Assembly (NCBI GenBank): GCA_031551325.1
Contig: JAVBNV010000005.1
Coordinates: 9,190-73,189 of the forward strand
Reading direction: 5' to 3'
DNA from: Alistipes sp.
GTDB lineage: Bacteria; Bacteroidota; Bacteroidia; Bacteroidales; Rikenellaceae
DNA length: 64,000 nt
Shown here: one piece after another, positions 19,080 to 27,468 of the stretch
Position numbering within the stretch: the stretch's first letter is position 1
Layout: each line of letters opens with the position of its first letter
The notes under the pieces: model-generated
The model's input: the letters and a program-made list of their open reading frames with translations, nothing else
What the model was told of the DNA's origin: nothing
Database searches by the model: none
Translations under genes and position numbers: made by a program

Positions 19080-21080
19080 ATGCTACTCTCCGAGATACAA
19101 CCCCTGTTGCCTTTGCTGGCGTTGCTGGTTTTCCTCGTTCCGGTGAACTGGAAATGGGGGCTCACCTGTGTCGTGGTGGCCCTGGGAGCCTTCTCGGCCT
19201 GCTCCGAGGCCTTGAAGGTGCTCTTCACCCAAGTCAATTCCACCTACTCCTATCCCGCGGGCAGCGACCTGCTCTTCGGAGGCCACGCCCAGCACCTGGT
19301 GATCGATTCCCTCTCGGCAATCTTTATGGGGATGCTCTCCGTGGCGGCCCTCGCCGCGACGATCTACGCCCGGGACTACCTGCGCGTCAAGGGGGCGGAC
19401 AAGACCCCGGGACAGCTCTCCCTGCATTACTTCTGCCTGATGATCCTCTACTTCTCGATGCTGATCGTGGTGATGGCTTCGGACGGCTTCCTGTTCCTGT
19501 TCGCCTGGGAGTTGATGACCCTGGCGTCCTTCCTGCTGGTGCTCTTCGACGGAGAGAATCCCAAGGTGCGGCGTGCGGCGCTCAACTACCTTATCCTGAT
19601 GCACATCGGGTTTTTCTTCCTGCTCTCGGGCTTCGTGGCCTTGTACGCCGACGGCCTGCCGGTGTCGTTCGAGTGGCTGCGGGTCTATTTCTCGGAACAC
19701 AACCCCCTGCCGCTGTTCGTGGTCTTTTTGATCGGCTTCGGCATGAAGGCGGGCGTCTTCCCGCTGCACATCTGGCTGCCCGAGGCCCATCCGGCCGCCC
19801 CGGCCCACGTCTCGGCCCTGATGTCGGGGGTGATGATCAAGATGGGGGTCTACGGGCTGATGCGGGTGACTTCGTTTATCGAAACGGAACTTTATACCGT
19901 TGGCCTGGTGATTTTTATCGTCGGTATTGTCACCGGCCTCTGGGGCGTGATCCTGGCCACGCTGCAAAGCGAGATCAAAAAGCTGCTGGCCTACTCGAGC
20001 ATCGAGAACGTCGGGATCATCCTGATGACCCTGGGCCTCTCGCTGCTGGCCCGCTCGCAGAACAACACTCCGTTGGCCCTGTGCGCCTTCGCCGGGGCGA
20101 TTCTGCACACGCTCAACCACTCCTTTTTCAAGTCGCTGCTCTACCTGGGCGCGGGAAATGTGGCCACGGGGGCGCATACCACCCTGCTCGATGAATTGGG
20201 CGGGCTGGGGCGCCGCATGCCGCTCACGGCGACGCTTTTCCTGCTGGGGACCCTGGCCCTCTGCGCCTTCCCGCCCCTGAACGGCTTCGTCTCTGAATTC
20301 CTGATCTTCAAAACCATGCTGGACGGCATCGCCGCCGACGGCGCACTGACCGTCGAATCCCTGTTCGGCCTGATTATGCTGGCCTTTATCGGGGGTATGG
20401 TGGTGATCGCCCTCTCCAAATTATACGGCGTGGCCTTCCAGGGCCAGCCCCGCAGCCCGCAGGCCAGCCAAGCCCGCGAAGTGGGCAACTGGATGCTCGG
20501 CGGCATGTGCCTGCCCCTGACCGGGATGCTCCTCGTGGGCCTCGCCCCGGTGTTGGTACTGCCCGCGATCTACCGGGTGGGGGCCTCCTGGCTGGGCATC
20601 GCCGACGGCGGGACGTTCTACGCCCTTTCCGAAGAAACTTACTGGACGCTGAGCTACGCCATCTGGGTCCTGTTGGGCATCACCTTGGCCCTCTGGGGCC
20701 TGCGCCGCCTGGCGTTGCGGGGCCGCCCGACGGCCAGCTCGCCCACCTGGGGCTGCGGCTTCACGGCCCCGAGCCCCCGCCTGCAATACACCGGGGAGTC
20801 CTTCAGCGAGGGCCTCGAACGCATCTCCGAGCGGGTCATCAAGCGCAGCGGGCACGGCGTGGAGCTCTCCGGCGGCGAGATTTTCCCCACGGAGCACGAC
20901 TTCGACATCACCCACAAGGACCGCATCGAAAAGCTCTTCTCGCGCTGGTGGCTGGGCGTGCTTCGGCGCGTCAACGCCTCGACCTCGGTGCTGCGCACCG
21001 GGAAGGTGAACCACTATATTTTGTTCGGCCTGTTGTTCCTGCTGCTGGTCTTTTTACTCACCCTTTTCGGTTGGTTGTAA
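19080..21080 (+). CDS. hyfB: Ehr/hydrogenase-4 subunit B-like antiporter-type membrane subunit (NuoL/M/N family)
   Basis: 'FLFAWELM', 'GMKAGVFPLHIWLPEAHPAAP', 'KKLLAYSSIEN', 'PPLNGFVSE', C-terminal 'WGCG....RLQYT' typical of HyfB. Confidence 0.85.
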   Translation: MLLSEIQPLLPLLALLVFLVPVNWKWGLTCVVVALGAFSACSEALKVLFTQVNSTYSYPAGSDLLFGGHAQHLVIDSLSAIFMGMLSVAALAATIYARDYLRVKGADKTPGQLSLHYFCLMILYFSMLIVVMASDGFLFLFAWELMTLASFLLVLFDGENPKVRRAALNYLILMHIGFFFLLSGFVALYADGLPVSFEWLRVYFSEHNPLPLFVVFLIGFGMKAGVFPLHIWLPEAHPAAPAHVSALMSGVMIKMGVYGLMRVTSFIETELYTVGLVIFIVGIVTGLWGVILATLQSEIKKLLAYSSIENVGIILMTLGLSLLARSQNNTPLALCAFAGAILHTLNHSFFKSLLYLGAGNVATGAHTTLLDELGGLGRRMPLTATLFLLGTLALCAFPPLNGFVSEFLIFKTMLDGIAADGALTVESLFGLIMLAFIGGMVVIALSKLYGVAFQGQPRSPQASQAREVGNWMLGGMCLPLTGMLLVGLAPVLVLPAIYRVGASWLGIADGGTFYALSEETYWTLSYAIWVLLGITLALWGLRRLALRGRPTASSPTWGCGFTAPSPRLQYTGESFSEGLERISERVIKRSGHGVELSGGEIFPTEHDFDITHKDRIEKLFSRWWLGVLRRVNASTSVLRTGKVNHYILFGLLFLLLVFLLTLFGWL

Positions 21081-21081
21081 T

Positions 21082-21984
21082 ATGGTAGCCCTTTTGCTCA
21101 TAGTTTTTACAGCGTTGATGCTGCCCGGCCTGATCGCCCGGACCCGGGCCCGCCTGAGCGGCCGCAAGGGCATCCGGTTCTACCAGCACCTGAGCAACCT
21201 GGGAGTACTGCTACGCAAAGAACCCCTATACAGCACGCTCTCCGGAGCGATCACCCGCCTCGCCCCGGTGGTCTACCTGGGGGCCACTCTGACGGCCTGC
21301 CTGCTCGTGCCGGTGGGCGGCTTCTCTCCGCTGCTCTCGTTCCAGGGCGATATCGTGCTGTTCTGCTACCTGCTGGGCCTGGGCCGCCTGGCCCTGATCC
21401 TGGGAGCGATGGACGCCGGCAGCAGCTTCCAGGGCATGGGGGCCAGCCGCGAAGCCCTCTACGGGGCCTTTGCCGAGCCCGCCCTCTTTCTGGTGCTGGG
21501 CACCCTGGCGCTGATCTCGGGAGAGGGCAGCTTCGGACGGCTGTTCGTCGAAACGACGGGACGGCCTGAGCTCCTGGTGCTGATGCTCCTGCTCTTTTAC
21601 GCCCTGTTCCGCATCACACTGGTCGAGTCGGGGCGCGTGCCCGTGGACGATCCCCGCACCCATTTGGAGCTGACCATGATCCATGAGGTGATGATGTTGG
21701 ATTACAGCGGCTTCGACCTGGCCCTGATCACCCTCGGGGGCTGGCTCAAAACGGCCTCTCTGGCGCTGATCGCCGCCTCGGCCCTTTGCTCGGCCCTCTG
21801 GGACAGCGCGGCGCTGATCGTGGCGGCGGCCCTGCTGTTCGGGCTGCTGATCGGGGCCCTGGAGTCCTTCACGGCCCGCAACCGCCTTTCGCGCAACCCC
21901 ACCTACATCGTCACCATCCTGGCCATCGCCTTCGTGATCTTTGTGATCGCCTTTTTGATCGTGCGCAACATTTCAATCCAGTAG
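21082..21984 (+). CDS. hyfC: Ehr/hydrogenase-4 subunit C-like (NuoH family) membrane subunit
   Basis: 'SSFQGMGASRE', 'ESGRVPVDDPRTHLELTMIHEVM'. Confidence 0.85.
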   Translation: MVALLLIVFTALMLPGLIARTRARLSGRKGIRFYQHLSNLGVLLRKEPLYSTLSGAITRLAPVVYLGATLTACLLVPVGGFSPLLSFQGDIVLFCYLLGLGRLALILGAMDAGSSFQGMGASREALYGAFAEPALFLVLGTLALISGEGSFGRLFVETTGRPELLVLMLLLFYALFRITLVESGRVPVDDPRTHLELTMIHEVMMLDYSGFDLALITLGGWLKTASLALIAASALCSALWDSAALIVAAALLFGLLIGALESFTARNRLSRNPTYIVTILAIAFVIFVIAFLIVRNISIQ

Positions 21985-21986
21985 AC

Positions 21987-22619
21987 ATGCTCCTTTCGCT
22001 GATTATACTTTACGTCCTCTCGTTGCTTTACCTCTCGATCATCGAGCGGTTCCGCCATTATGTGATGGTGATCAGCCTCCAGGGGTGGCTGCTGCTGGGC
22101 GTGGCGCTGTTGAGGCTGCACAGTACGGATTGGTACGAACTGGCCTTCGTGGTGGCTGAGACCTTGATCTTCAAGGCCCTGGTGCTTCCCATGATCCTGC
22201 GCTACGTGATCCGCCGCACGGGCATCAACCGGGTGCACGCCGCCTCGGTGGCCGTTTTCAACCAGTTGTTGCTTTCGATGGGCCTACTGCTGGGCAGCCT
22301 GGTGGTGACCCATTACATGGCCTCGGAGGGGGCCTTCGATAGGGTGTTCTTCGGGGTGGCGCTCTACGCTTTGCTGAGCGGCATGCTGTTGATTATCACT
22401 CATAAACGTATTTTCTCGCACCTGGTTGGCTTCCTGGTCATCGAGAACGGGGTTTTCCTCTTCGCCATGGCCATCGGGGCCGAGATGCCCTACCTGGTCA
22501 ACATCGCTATCCTGCTGGACCTGGTGATGAGTGTGCTGATGCTGGGCCTGGTGATCGGGCGCATCGGCCGCCACTACCACAATTTTCACGTCGATAGCCT
22601 CAATACCTTGAAAGACTGA
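21987..22619 (+). CDS. hyfE: Ehr/hydrogenase-4 subunit E-like membrane subunit
   Basis: Hydrophobic, 'FKALVLPMIL', 'GFLVIENGVFL'. ATG 21987 follows the hyfC stop. Confidence 0.8.
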   Translation: MLLSLIILYVLSLLYLSIIERFRHYVMVISLQGWLLLGVALLRLHSTDWYELAFVVAETLIFKALVLPMILRYVIRRTGINRVHAASVAVFNQLLLSMGLLLGSLVVTHYMASEGAFDRVFFGVALYALLSGMLLIITHKRIFSHLVGFLVIENGVFLFAMAIGAEMPYLVNIAILLDLVMSVLMLGLVIGRIGRHYHNFHVDSLNTLKD

Positions 22620-22623
22620 TCCC

Positions 22624-24030
22624 ATGCTGACCGCCTACCTGATCCTCTCGCTCGTTCTTGCCGCCGCCTGCGCCCTGTTGCGCAGCCGCTCGCAGGTACG
22701 TGCGGCGGGCTATGTATTCTACGGATTGCAGTTGGCTTTTGCGGGAGCGCTTCTGCCGCTGGGTCTGGGTAAGACCGAGTTGCAGTTCTTCACGCTCGAC
22801 GCCCTGGGTATCCTCTTTTTTATTCTGCTCGCGGTGATCTCCTTTGTCGCTTTCTACCAGAGCAACGTCTACCTCGACCGGGATAGGCTCAATGCCTACA
22901 AGACCTACAACATCTCGCTGATCCTGCTCTGCGCCTCGGCCACGGCGGTCTACTTCTCAAATAACCTGGCGGTCACCTGGATCTTCCTCGAAGCCACCAC
23001 CCTGGCCACGGCCGGGCTGATCTACCACGACCGCAACGAACGCAGCCTGGAGGCCACCTGGAAATACGTCTTCGTCTGTTCGACGGGCATCCTGATCGCC
23101 TACCTGGGCATTCTGCTGCTCAGTACGATGGCCACGCACGGAGAACTTTCCTACAGCGCCCTGGCGACGGCTGTCTCCGGGGGCAACCCCTTGTACCTGA
23201 AGATCGCCTTCCTCTTTATCCTGGTGGGGTACAGTTGCAAGCTGGAGGTCTTTCCCTTCTACGCGGTGGGCATCGATGCCAACTCCACGGCCCCCACGCC
23301 CGCCTCGGCCGTGATCTCGACCGTGCTGGTTAATGCCGGCTTCGTTTCGCTGCTGAGGGTCTACCAGGTGGCGGCCCTTTCGGAAGTCTTTGTCTGGATG
23401 TCGCGGGTGCTGATCCTCACCGGATTGGCCTCGGTGCTGATCGGGGCGGTCTACCTGCGGCGGACCAACCATTACAAACGCTTTTTCGCCTATTCCACCA
23501 CCGAGAACCTGGGCATCGTCTTGATCGGCCTGGGGCTGGGCGGGGTAGGGGTCTTCGCCGCCCTGTTCCACGTCGTGGCCCACAGCCTGCTCAAATCGGG
23601 CATCTTCTTCAACCTGGCCCAGATCGGCAAGATCTACGGCAGCTACCGCATCAACCGGATCGGCAACTACATGCACGTCAACCGGATCGGCTCCATTTCG
23701 ATGCTCCTGGGGACGATCTGCCTGCTGGCCCTGCCGCCCTCGGCGCTCTTTATCTCGGAGCTGATGATCTTCCGGGAGATCATCGCCACGGGGCAGTGGT
23801 GGCTGCTGGCGGTGCTGGTGGGGCTGCTCTGTTTCGTGATGTATAGCCTCTCTTACAGGCTGTTGAGGCTCTGCTATAAACCCGTCCAAATGCCCGCCGG
23901 GGAACGTCCCGCCGTCAGCCGCATGGTCACCTGGACGGGCTTCGGGCTGATCGCCCTGGCGGTGGCCCTGGGGATTTTCCAACCGCCTTTTTTGGTGGAC
24001 TTTATCCAATCGATCGTTGCTGTGCCATGA
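22624..24030 (+). CDS. hyfF: Ehr/hydrogenase-4 subunit F-like antiporter-type membrane subunit
   Basis: 'TWIFLEATT', 'SLEATWKY', 'KRFFAYST', 'HVVAHSLLKS', 'LPPSALFISE'. Confidence 0.82.
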   Translation: MLTAYLILSLVLAAACALLRSRSQVRAAGYVFYGLQLAFAGALLPLGLGKTELQFFTLDALGILFFILLAVISFVAFYQSNVYLDRDRLNAYKTYNISLILLCASATAVYFSNNLAVTWIFLEATTLATAGLIYHDRNERSLEATWKYVFVCSTGILIAYLGILLLSTMATHGELSYSALATAVSGGNPLYLKIAFLFILVGYSCKLEVFPFYAVGIDANSTAPTPASAVISTVLVNAGFVSLLRVYQVAALSEVFVWMSRVLILTGLASVLIGAVYLRRTNHYKRFFAYSTTENLGIVLIGLGLGGVGVFAALFHVVAHSLLKSGIFFNLAQIGKIYGSYRINRIGNYMHVNRIGSISMLLGTICLLALPPSALFISELMIFREIIATGQWWLLAVLVGLLCFVMYSLSYRLLRLCYKPVQMPAGERPAVSRMVTWTGFGLIALAVALGIFQPPFLVDFIQSIVAVP

Positions 24031-25538
24031 AGTGGTTGACGACATATCCGCGTGAAGGGGCCGTCCGCCTGTCGGACCTGCCCGGGACGGACTACGCCTC
24101 CCTGTACACCGAGCTCAAAGAGCGTCTCTGGGACGAAAATTGCCACCTGGGGGCCTACTTCGGCTGGCCCTCGCCGGAGGGACTACGCCTGATCTGTCTG
24201 CTGCTGGACGACGCCACGGGCGAAATTTCGCTGGCCTCCGTGCCCTACGAGGGGGAAGTGCTGCCCTCGCTCTCGGCGGAGCACCCGGCCCTGCACGTCT
24301 TCGAGCGGGAAATGGCCGAGAACTTCGGGGTTATGTTCGCCGACAGCCCCTGGGACAAACCCCTGCGCTACGCCCATGATAGGGCCGACCGCCGCACGGG
24401 GATGAATGACTATCCTTTCTATTCCATACAGGGCGAAGCCCTGCACGAGGTGAACGTGGGCCCCATCCACGCCGGGGTGATCGAGCCGGGTTGCTTCCGC
24501 TTTATCTGCAACGGCGAGCAGATCATCCACCTCGAGATCATGCTGGGCTACCAGCACCGGGGCGTCGAACGCCTGCTGCGCGAAACGGACAACCGCCTCA
24601 GGCAGATCGTCCTTTCGGAAAGCATCGCCGGGGACAGCACCGTGGCCCACGGAACGGCCTGCGCGATGGCATTCGAAAAATTGGGCGGCCTGCGCGTAAG
24701 CGAATCCCTGGAACTCGAACGCGCCGTGGCCCTCGAATTGGAGCGCATCGCCCTGCACATCGCCGACACGGGCGCCCTCTGCACCGACATCGCCTACCAA
24801 CTCGGGCAGGTCGCCTGCGAGGCCCTGCGCACGATCGTCATCAACACCACCCAGGCCTGGTGCGGCAACCGCTTCGGCAAGGGGCTGATCCGTCCGGGGG
24901 GAAGTTATTTCCCGCTGACGGCCGAGCTGAGGGCCAAGGTGCTGGAAAATTTAAACGAGGTCGAACGCCGCTATGCCGAGGTGGCCGACAACCTGAACGA
25001 GACGACCTCGGTGCTCTCGCGCTTCGAGGACTGCGGGATCGTCACCACCCAGCAGGCCCTGCGCATCGGCGCGGTGGGCCTCGCCGCCCGGGCTTCGGGC
25101 CTGGCCCGCGATTTGCGGGCTACCCATCCCTGGGGCCCCTACGGCCGGACGATCACCCATGACGCCTTCACCCGCCCCGAGGGGGACGTGGCCGCCCGCC
25201 TGCGGGTCCGCCTGGGGGAAGTGGCCCGCTCGGTGGTCTGCATCCGTTCGATGATCGGCCGCCTGGAAGAATTTTCTGGGGTGGCGCCCTCGCTTCCCGA
25301 TTACGGGTTTGCTTTGGCCCCCGATTCGTTGGCTTTTGCACTGATCGAAGGCTGGCGGGGAGAAGTGGCGCATGTGGCCCTGACCGATGGGGAGGGCCGG
25401 ATCGCCGCCTACAAAGTCAAAGACCCCTCGCTGCACAACTGGATGGCCCTCGCGCTTTCCGTGCGGGGCGAAGGGATTTCGGATTTTCCGATCTGCAACA
25501 AGAGTTTTAATTTGTCCTACTGCGGACACGATTTATAA
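24027..25538 (+). CDS. hyfG: Ehr large subunit (fused NuoC/NuoD-, HyfG-like) lacking NiFe ligands
   Basis: 'LHVFEREMAENFG', 'VGPIHAGVIEPG.FRF', 'GYQHRGVE', 'EGWRGE', 'KVKDPSLHNW'. CxxC sites replaced by 'SIAGDS' and 'NKSFNLSYCGHDL'. ATGA overlap with hyfF. Confidence 0.85.
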   Translation: MKWLTTYPREGAVRLSDLPGTDYASLYTELKERLWDENCHLGAYFGWPSPEGLRLICLLLDDATGEISLASVPYEGEVLPSLSAEHPALHVFEREMAENFGVMFADSPWDKPLRYAHDRADRRTGMNDYPFYSIQGEALHEVNVGPIHAGVIEPGCFRFICNGEQIIHLEIMLGYQHRGVERLLRETDNRLRQIVLSESIAGDSTVAHGTACAMAFEKLGGLRVSESLELERAVALELERIALHIADTGALCTDIAYQLGQVACEALRTIVINTTQAWCGNRFGKGLIRPGGSYFPLTAELRAKVLENLNEVERRYAEVADNLNETTSVLSRFEDCGIVTTQQALRIGAVGLAARASGLARDLRATHPWGPYGRTITHDAFTRPEGDVAARLRVRLGEVARSVVCIRSMIGRLEEFSGVAPSLPDYGFALAPDSLAFALIEGWRGEVAHVALTDGEGRIAAYKVKDPSLHNWMALALSVRGEGISDFPICNKSFNLSYCGHDL

Positions 25539-25544
25539 TCAGCT

Positions 25545-26324
25545 ATGGCCTTTTCCGCGTTCAAAGTGTTGCGCAGCCACGGGAAGCAATTTATTCCCGA
25601 CCTGAGGGCCGTGCGCCTCGTCGAGCCCTTCCGGGGGCGTCCCCGCATCGCGGGCGCTCCGACGGCGGAACTCGCCCGCGAGCTTGCCGCGCTCTGCCCC
25701 TCGGCGGCCATCGCCCCGGAGCCCTTTTCGATCGACCTGGGCCGCTGCGTCTTTTGCGGCGAATGCACCCGGAGGGCCCCGCAGCAGATCGTTTTCACGC
25801 CCGATTACCGCCTGGCGACCACTTCCCGCGAGGCCCTGAGGGTGGATGAAACCAGCCCCGGTTATATTCCCTTCGAGCCGAAGAATGTTCGCAAAGAGAT
25901 CCGCCGCCTTTTTGGAGAAGCCCTCAAGCTGCGGCAGGTAAGCGCCGGGGGCGACAACGCCACCGAGATGGAGCTCAACGCATCGCTCAACGTCAACTTC
26001 GACTTCTCCCGCTACGGCATCGACTTCGTGGCCTCGCCGCGCCATGCCGACGGGCTGGTCATCACGGGGCCCATCACCGAAAATATGGCCGTCGCCCTGG
26101 AGATCTGCTACAACAGCACCCCGGCCCCCAAGCTGGTGATCCTCTGCGGCACGGACGCCGTCTCGGGCGGCCTGTTCGCCGATTCTCCCGCCCTGAACCG
26201 CTCGTTCCTCGACCGCTTCGGCGTCGATCTCTACATCCCCGGAAATCCGGTCCACCCGCTCGCGTTTATCGACGGGGTGATGACCCTGCTGGGCCATTGG
26301 GAGCGGGACGAACAAAAATTCTAA
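25545..26324 (+). CDS. hyfI: Ehr small subunit (ferredoxin-like N-domain fused to NuoB/HyfI-like domain)
   Basis: 'LCP...CVFCGEC' ferredoxin remnant; 'ASPRHADGLVITGP', 'PAPKLVI', 'VDLYIPG.P..P' NuoB-family motifs. Confidence 0.85.
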   Translation: MAFSAFKVLRSHGKQFIPDLRAVRLVEPFRGRPRIAGAPTAELARELAALCPSAAIAPEPFSIDLGRCVFCGECTRRAPQQIVFTPDYRLATTSREALRVDETSPGYIPFEPKNVRKEIRRLFGEALKLRQVSAGGDNATEMELNASLNVNFDFSRYGIDFVASPRHADGLVITGPITENMAVALEICYNSTPAPKLVILCGTDAVSGGLFADSPALNRSFLDRFGVDLYIPGNPVHPLAFIDGVMTLLGHWERDEQKF

Positions 26325-26326
26325 CC

Positions 26327-26866
26327 ATGAATAAACCCCTGGAGCTGTTGCTCACGTTCGCCAAGATCGGTAGTTTCACCTTCGGCGGAGGCTACGCCAT
26401 GGTGCCGCTCATCGAGCGCGAGGTGATCGACCGCAAGGGCTGGGTGGATCCTTCCGAATTCCTCGAACTGCTTGCCCTGGCCCAGTCGGCTCCGGGGCCC
26501 ATAGCGCTCAATACCTCGGTCTTCGTGGGCTACAAGGTGGACGGCTACCGGGGCGCGCTGTGCTCCGTGGCGGGGGTCGTGCTGCCCTCCTTCGTCGTGA
26601 TCCTGCTCGTGGCCCTCTACTTTACCTCCCTGCGGGAAAACCCGGCCGTGGAAGCCGTCTTCAAGGGAATGCGCCCGGCCGTGGTGGCCCTGATCGCCGC
26701 CCCGCTGATCAACCTCTCCAAGGGCCTGGGCTGGAAGCGGGGCCTGCTCTCCGTAGCCGCCTGCGCGCTGCTGTGGTATTTCGGCTTTTCGCCCATCTAC
26801 CTGATTCTGGCCGGGGCCCTGGGCGGCCTGGTCTACGGATTTTTCAGAAAGGAAGAGCGGCTATGA
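26327..26866 (+). CDS. chrA: Short-chain chromate ion transporter (CHR) subunit 1
   Basis: 'FAKIGSFTFGGGYAM', 'AQSAPGP', 'GYK', 'LPS'. Starts 2 nt after the Ehr small-subunit stop. Confidence 0.88.
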   Translation: MNKPLELLLTFAKIGSFTFGGGYAMVPLIEREVIDRKGWVDPSEFLELLALAQSAPGPIALNTSVFVGYKVDGYRGALCSVAGVVLPSFVVILLVALYFTSLRENPAVEAVFKGMRPAVVALIAAPLINLSKGLGWKRGLLSVAACALLWYFGFSPIYLILAGALGGLVYGFFRKEERL

Positions 26867-27390
26867 TCTACCTCCAACTTTTTTATTCGTATCTGAAAAT
26901 CGGCTTCTTCGGCTTCGGTGGGGGATATGCCATGCTCTCGCTGATCCAGAACGAGATCGTGGTCAACCGCGGCTGGATCGACAACGGCCAGTTCACCGAC
27001 ATCGTCGCCATCTCGCAGATCACCCCCGGCCCCATCGCCATAAACAGCGCCACCTACGTGGGCTACGTCGTCACGGGCGACATCTGGGGTTCGGTGGTGG
27101 CCACGCTGGCCGTCTGCCTGCCCTCGCTGACGCTGATGCTGCTGGTGACCCGCTTCTACCTGGCCCTGGGAGCCAATCGCTATGTCCGGCAGGCCCTCGC
27201 CGGGATGCAACCCATGGTGCTGGCGATGATCGGCTCGGCGGCCCTGCTGCTGATTACCAAAGAGACGTTTCCCGACGCCTGGAGCTGGGGTATCCTCGGC
27301 GTCACCTTTATCGCCTCCGTCAAAAAAGTCAACCCCATCCTGCTGATCCTCCTTTCCGGTCTGGCGGGCTACCTCATCTACGGGTTATAA
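26863..27390 (+). CDS. chrA: Short-chain chromate ion transporter (CHR) subunit 2
   Basis: 'LKIGFFGFGGGYAM', 'SQITPGPIAINSATYVG'. ATGA overlap with subunit 1. Confidence 0.88.
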   Translation: MIYLQLFYSYLKIGFFGFGGGYAMLSLIQNEIVVNRGWIDNGQFTDIVAISQITPGPIAINSATYVGYVVTGDIWGSVVATLAVCLPSLTLMLLVTRFYLALGANRYVRQALAGMQPMVLAMIGSAALLLITKETFPDAWSWGILGVTFIASVKKVNPILLILLSGLAGYLIYGL

Positions 27391-27468
27391 CAACTTTCTC
27401 CCCTGAAAGAAGCGAAGGAGCGAAAAAAACGCTAACTTAGCTTTCACGGATTTTAATACCCGAACTTC

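Noticed and set aside
19080-26324. Calling the cluster a functional [NiFe] hydrogenase-4 / formate hydrogenlyase
   Set aside because: Both Ni-binding CxxC motifs and the small-subunit cluster cysteines are absent, and there are no maturation genes nearby.
26327-27390. Mobile chromate-resistance cassette
   Set aside because: Codon usage matches neighbours, there is no chrB regulator, transposase or flanking repeat, and short CHR pairs are common chromosomal genes in Bacteroidota.
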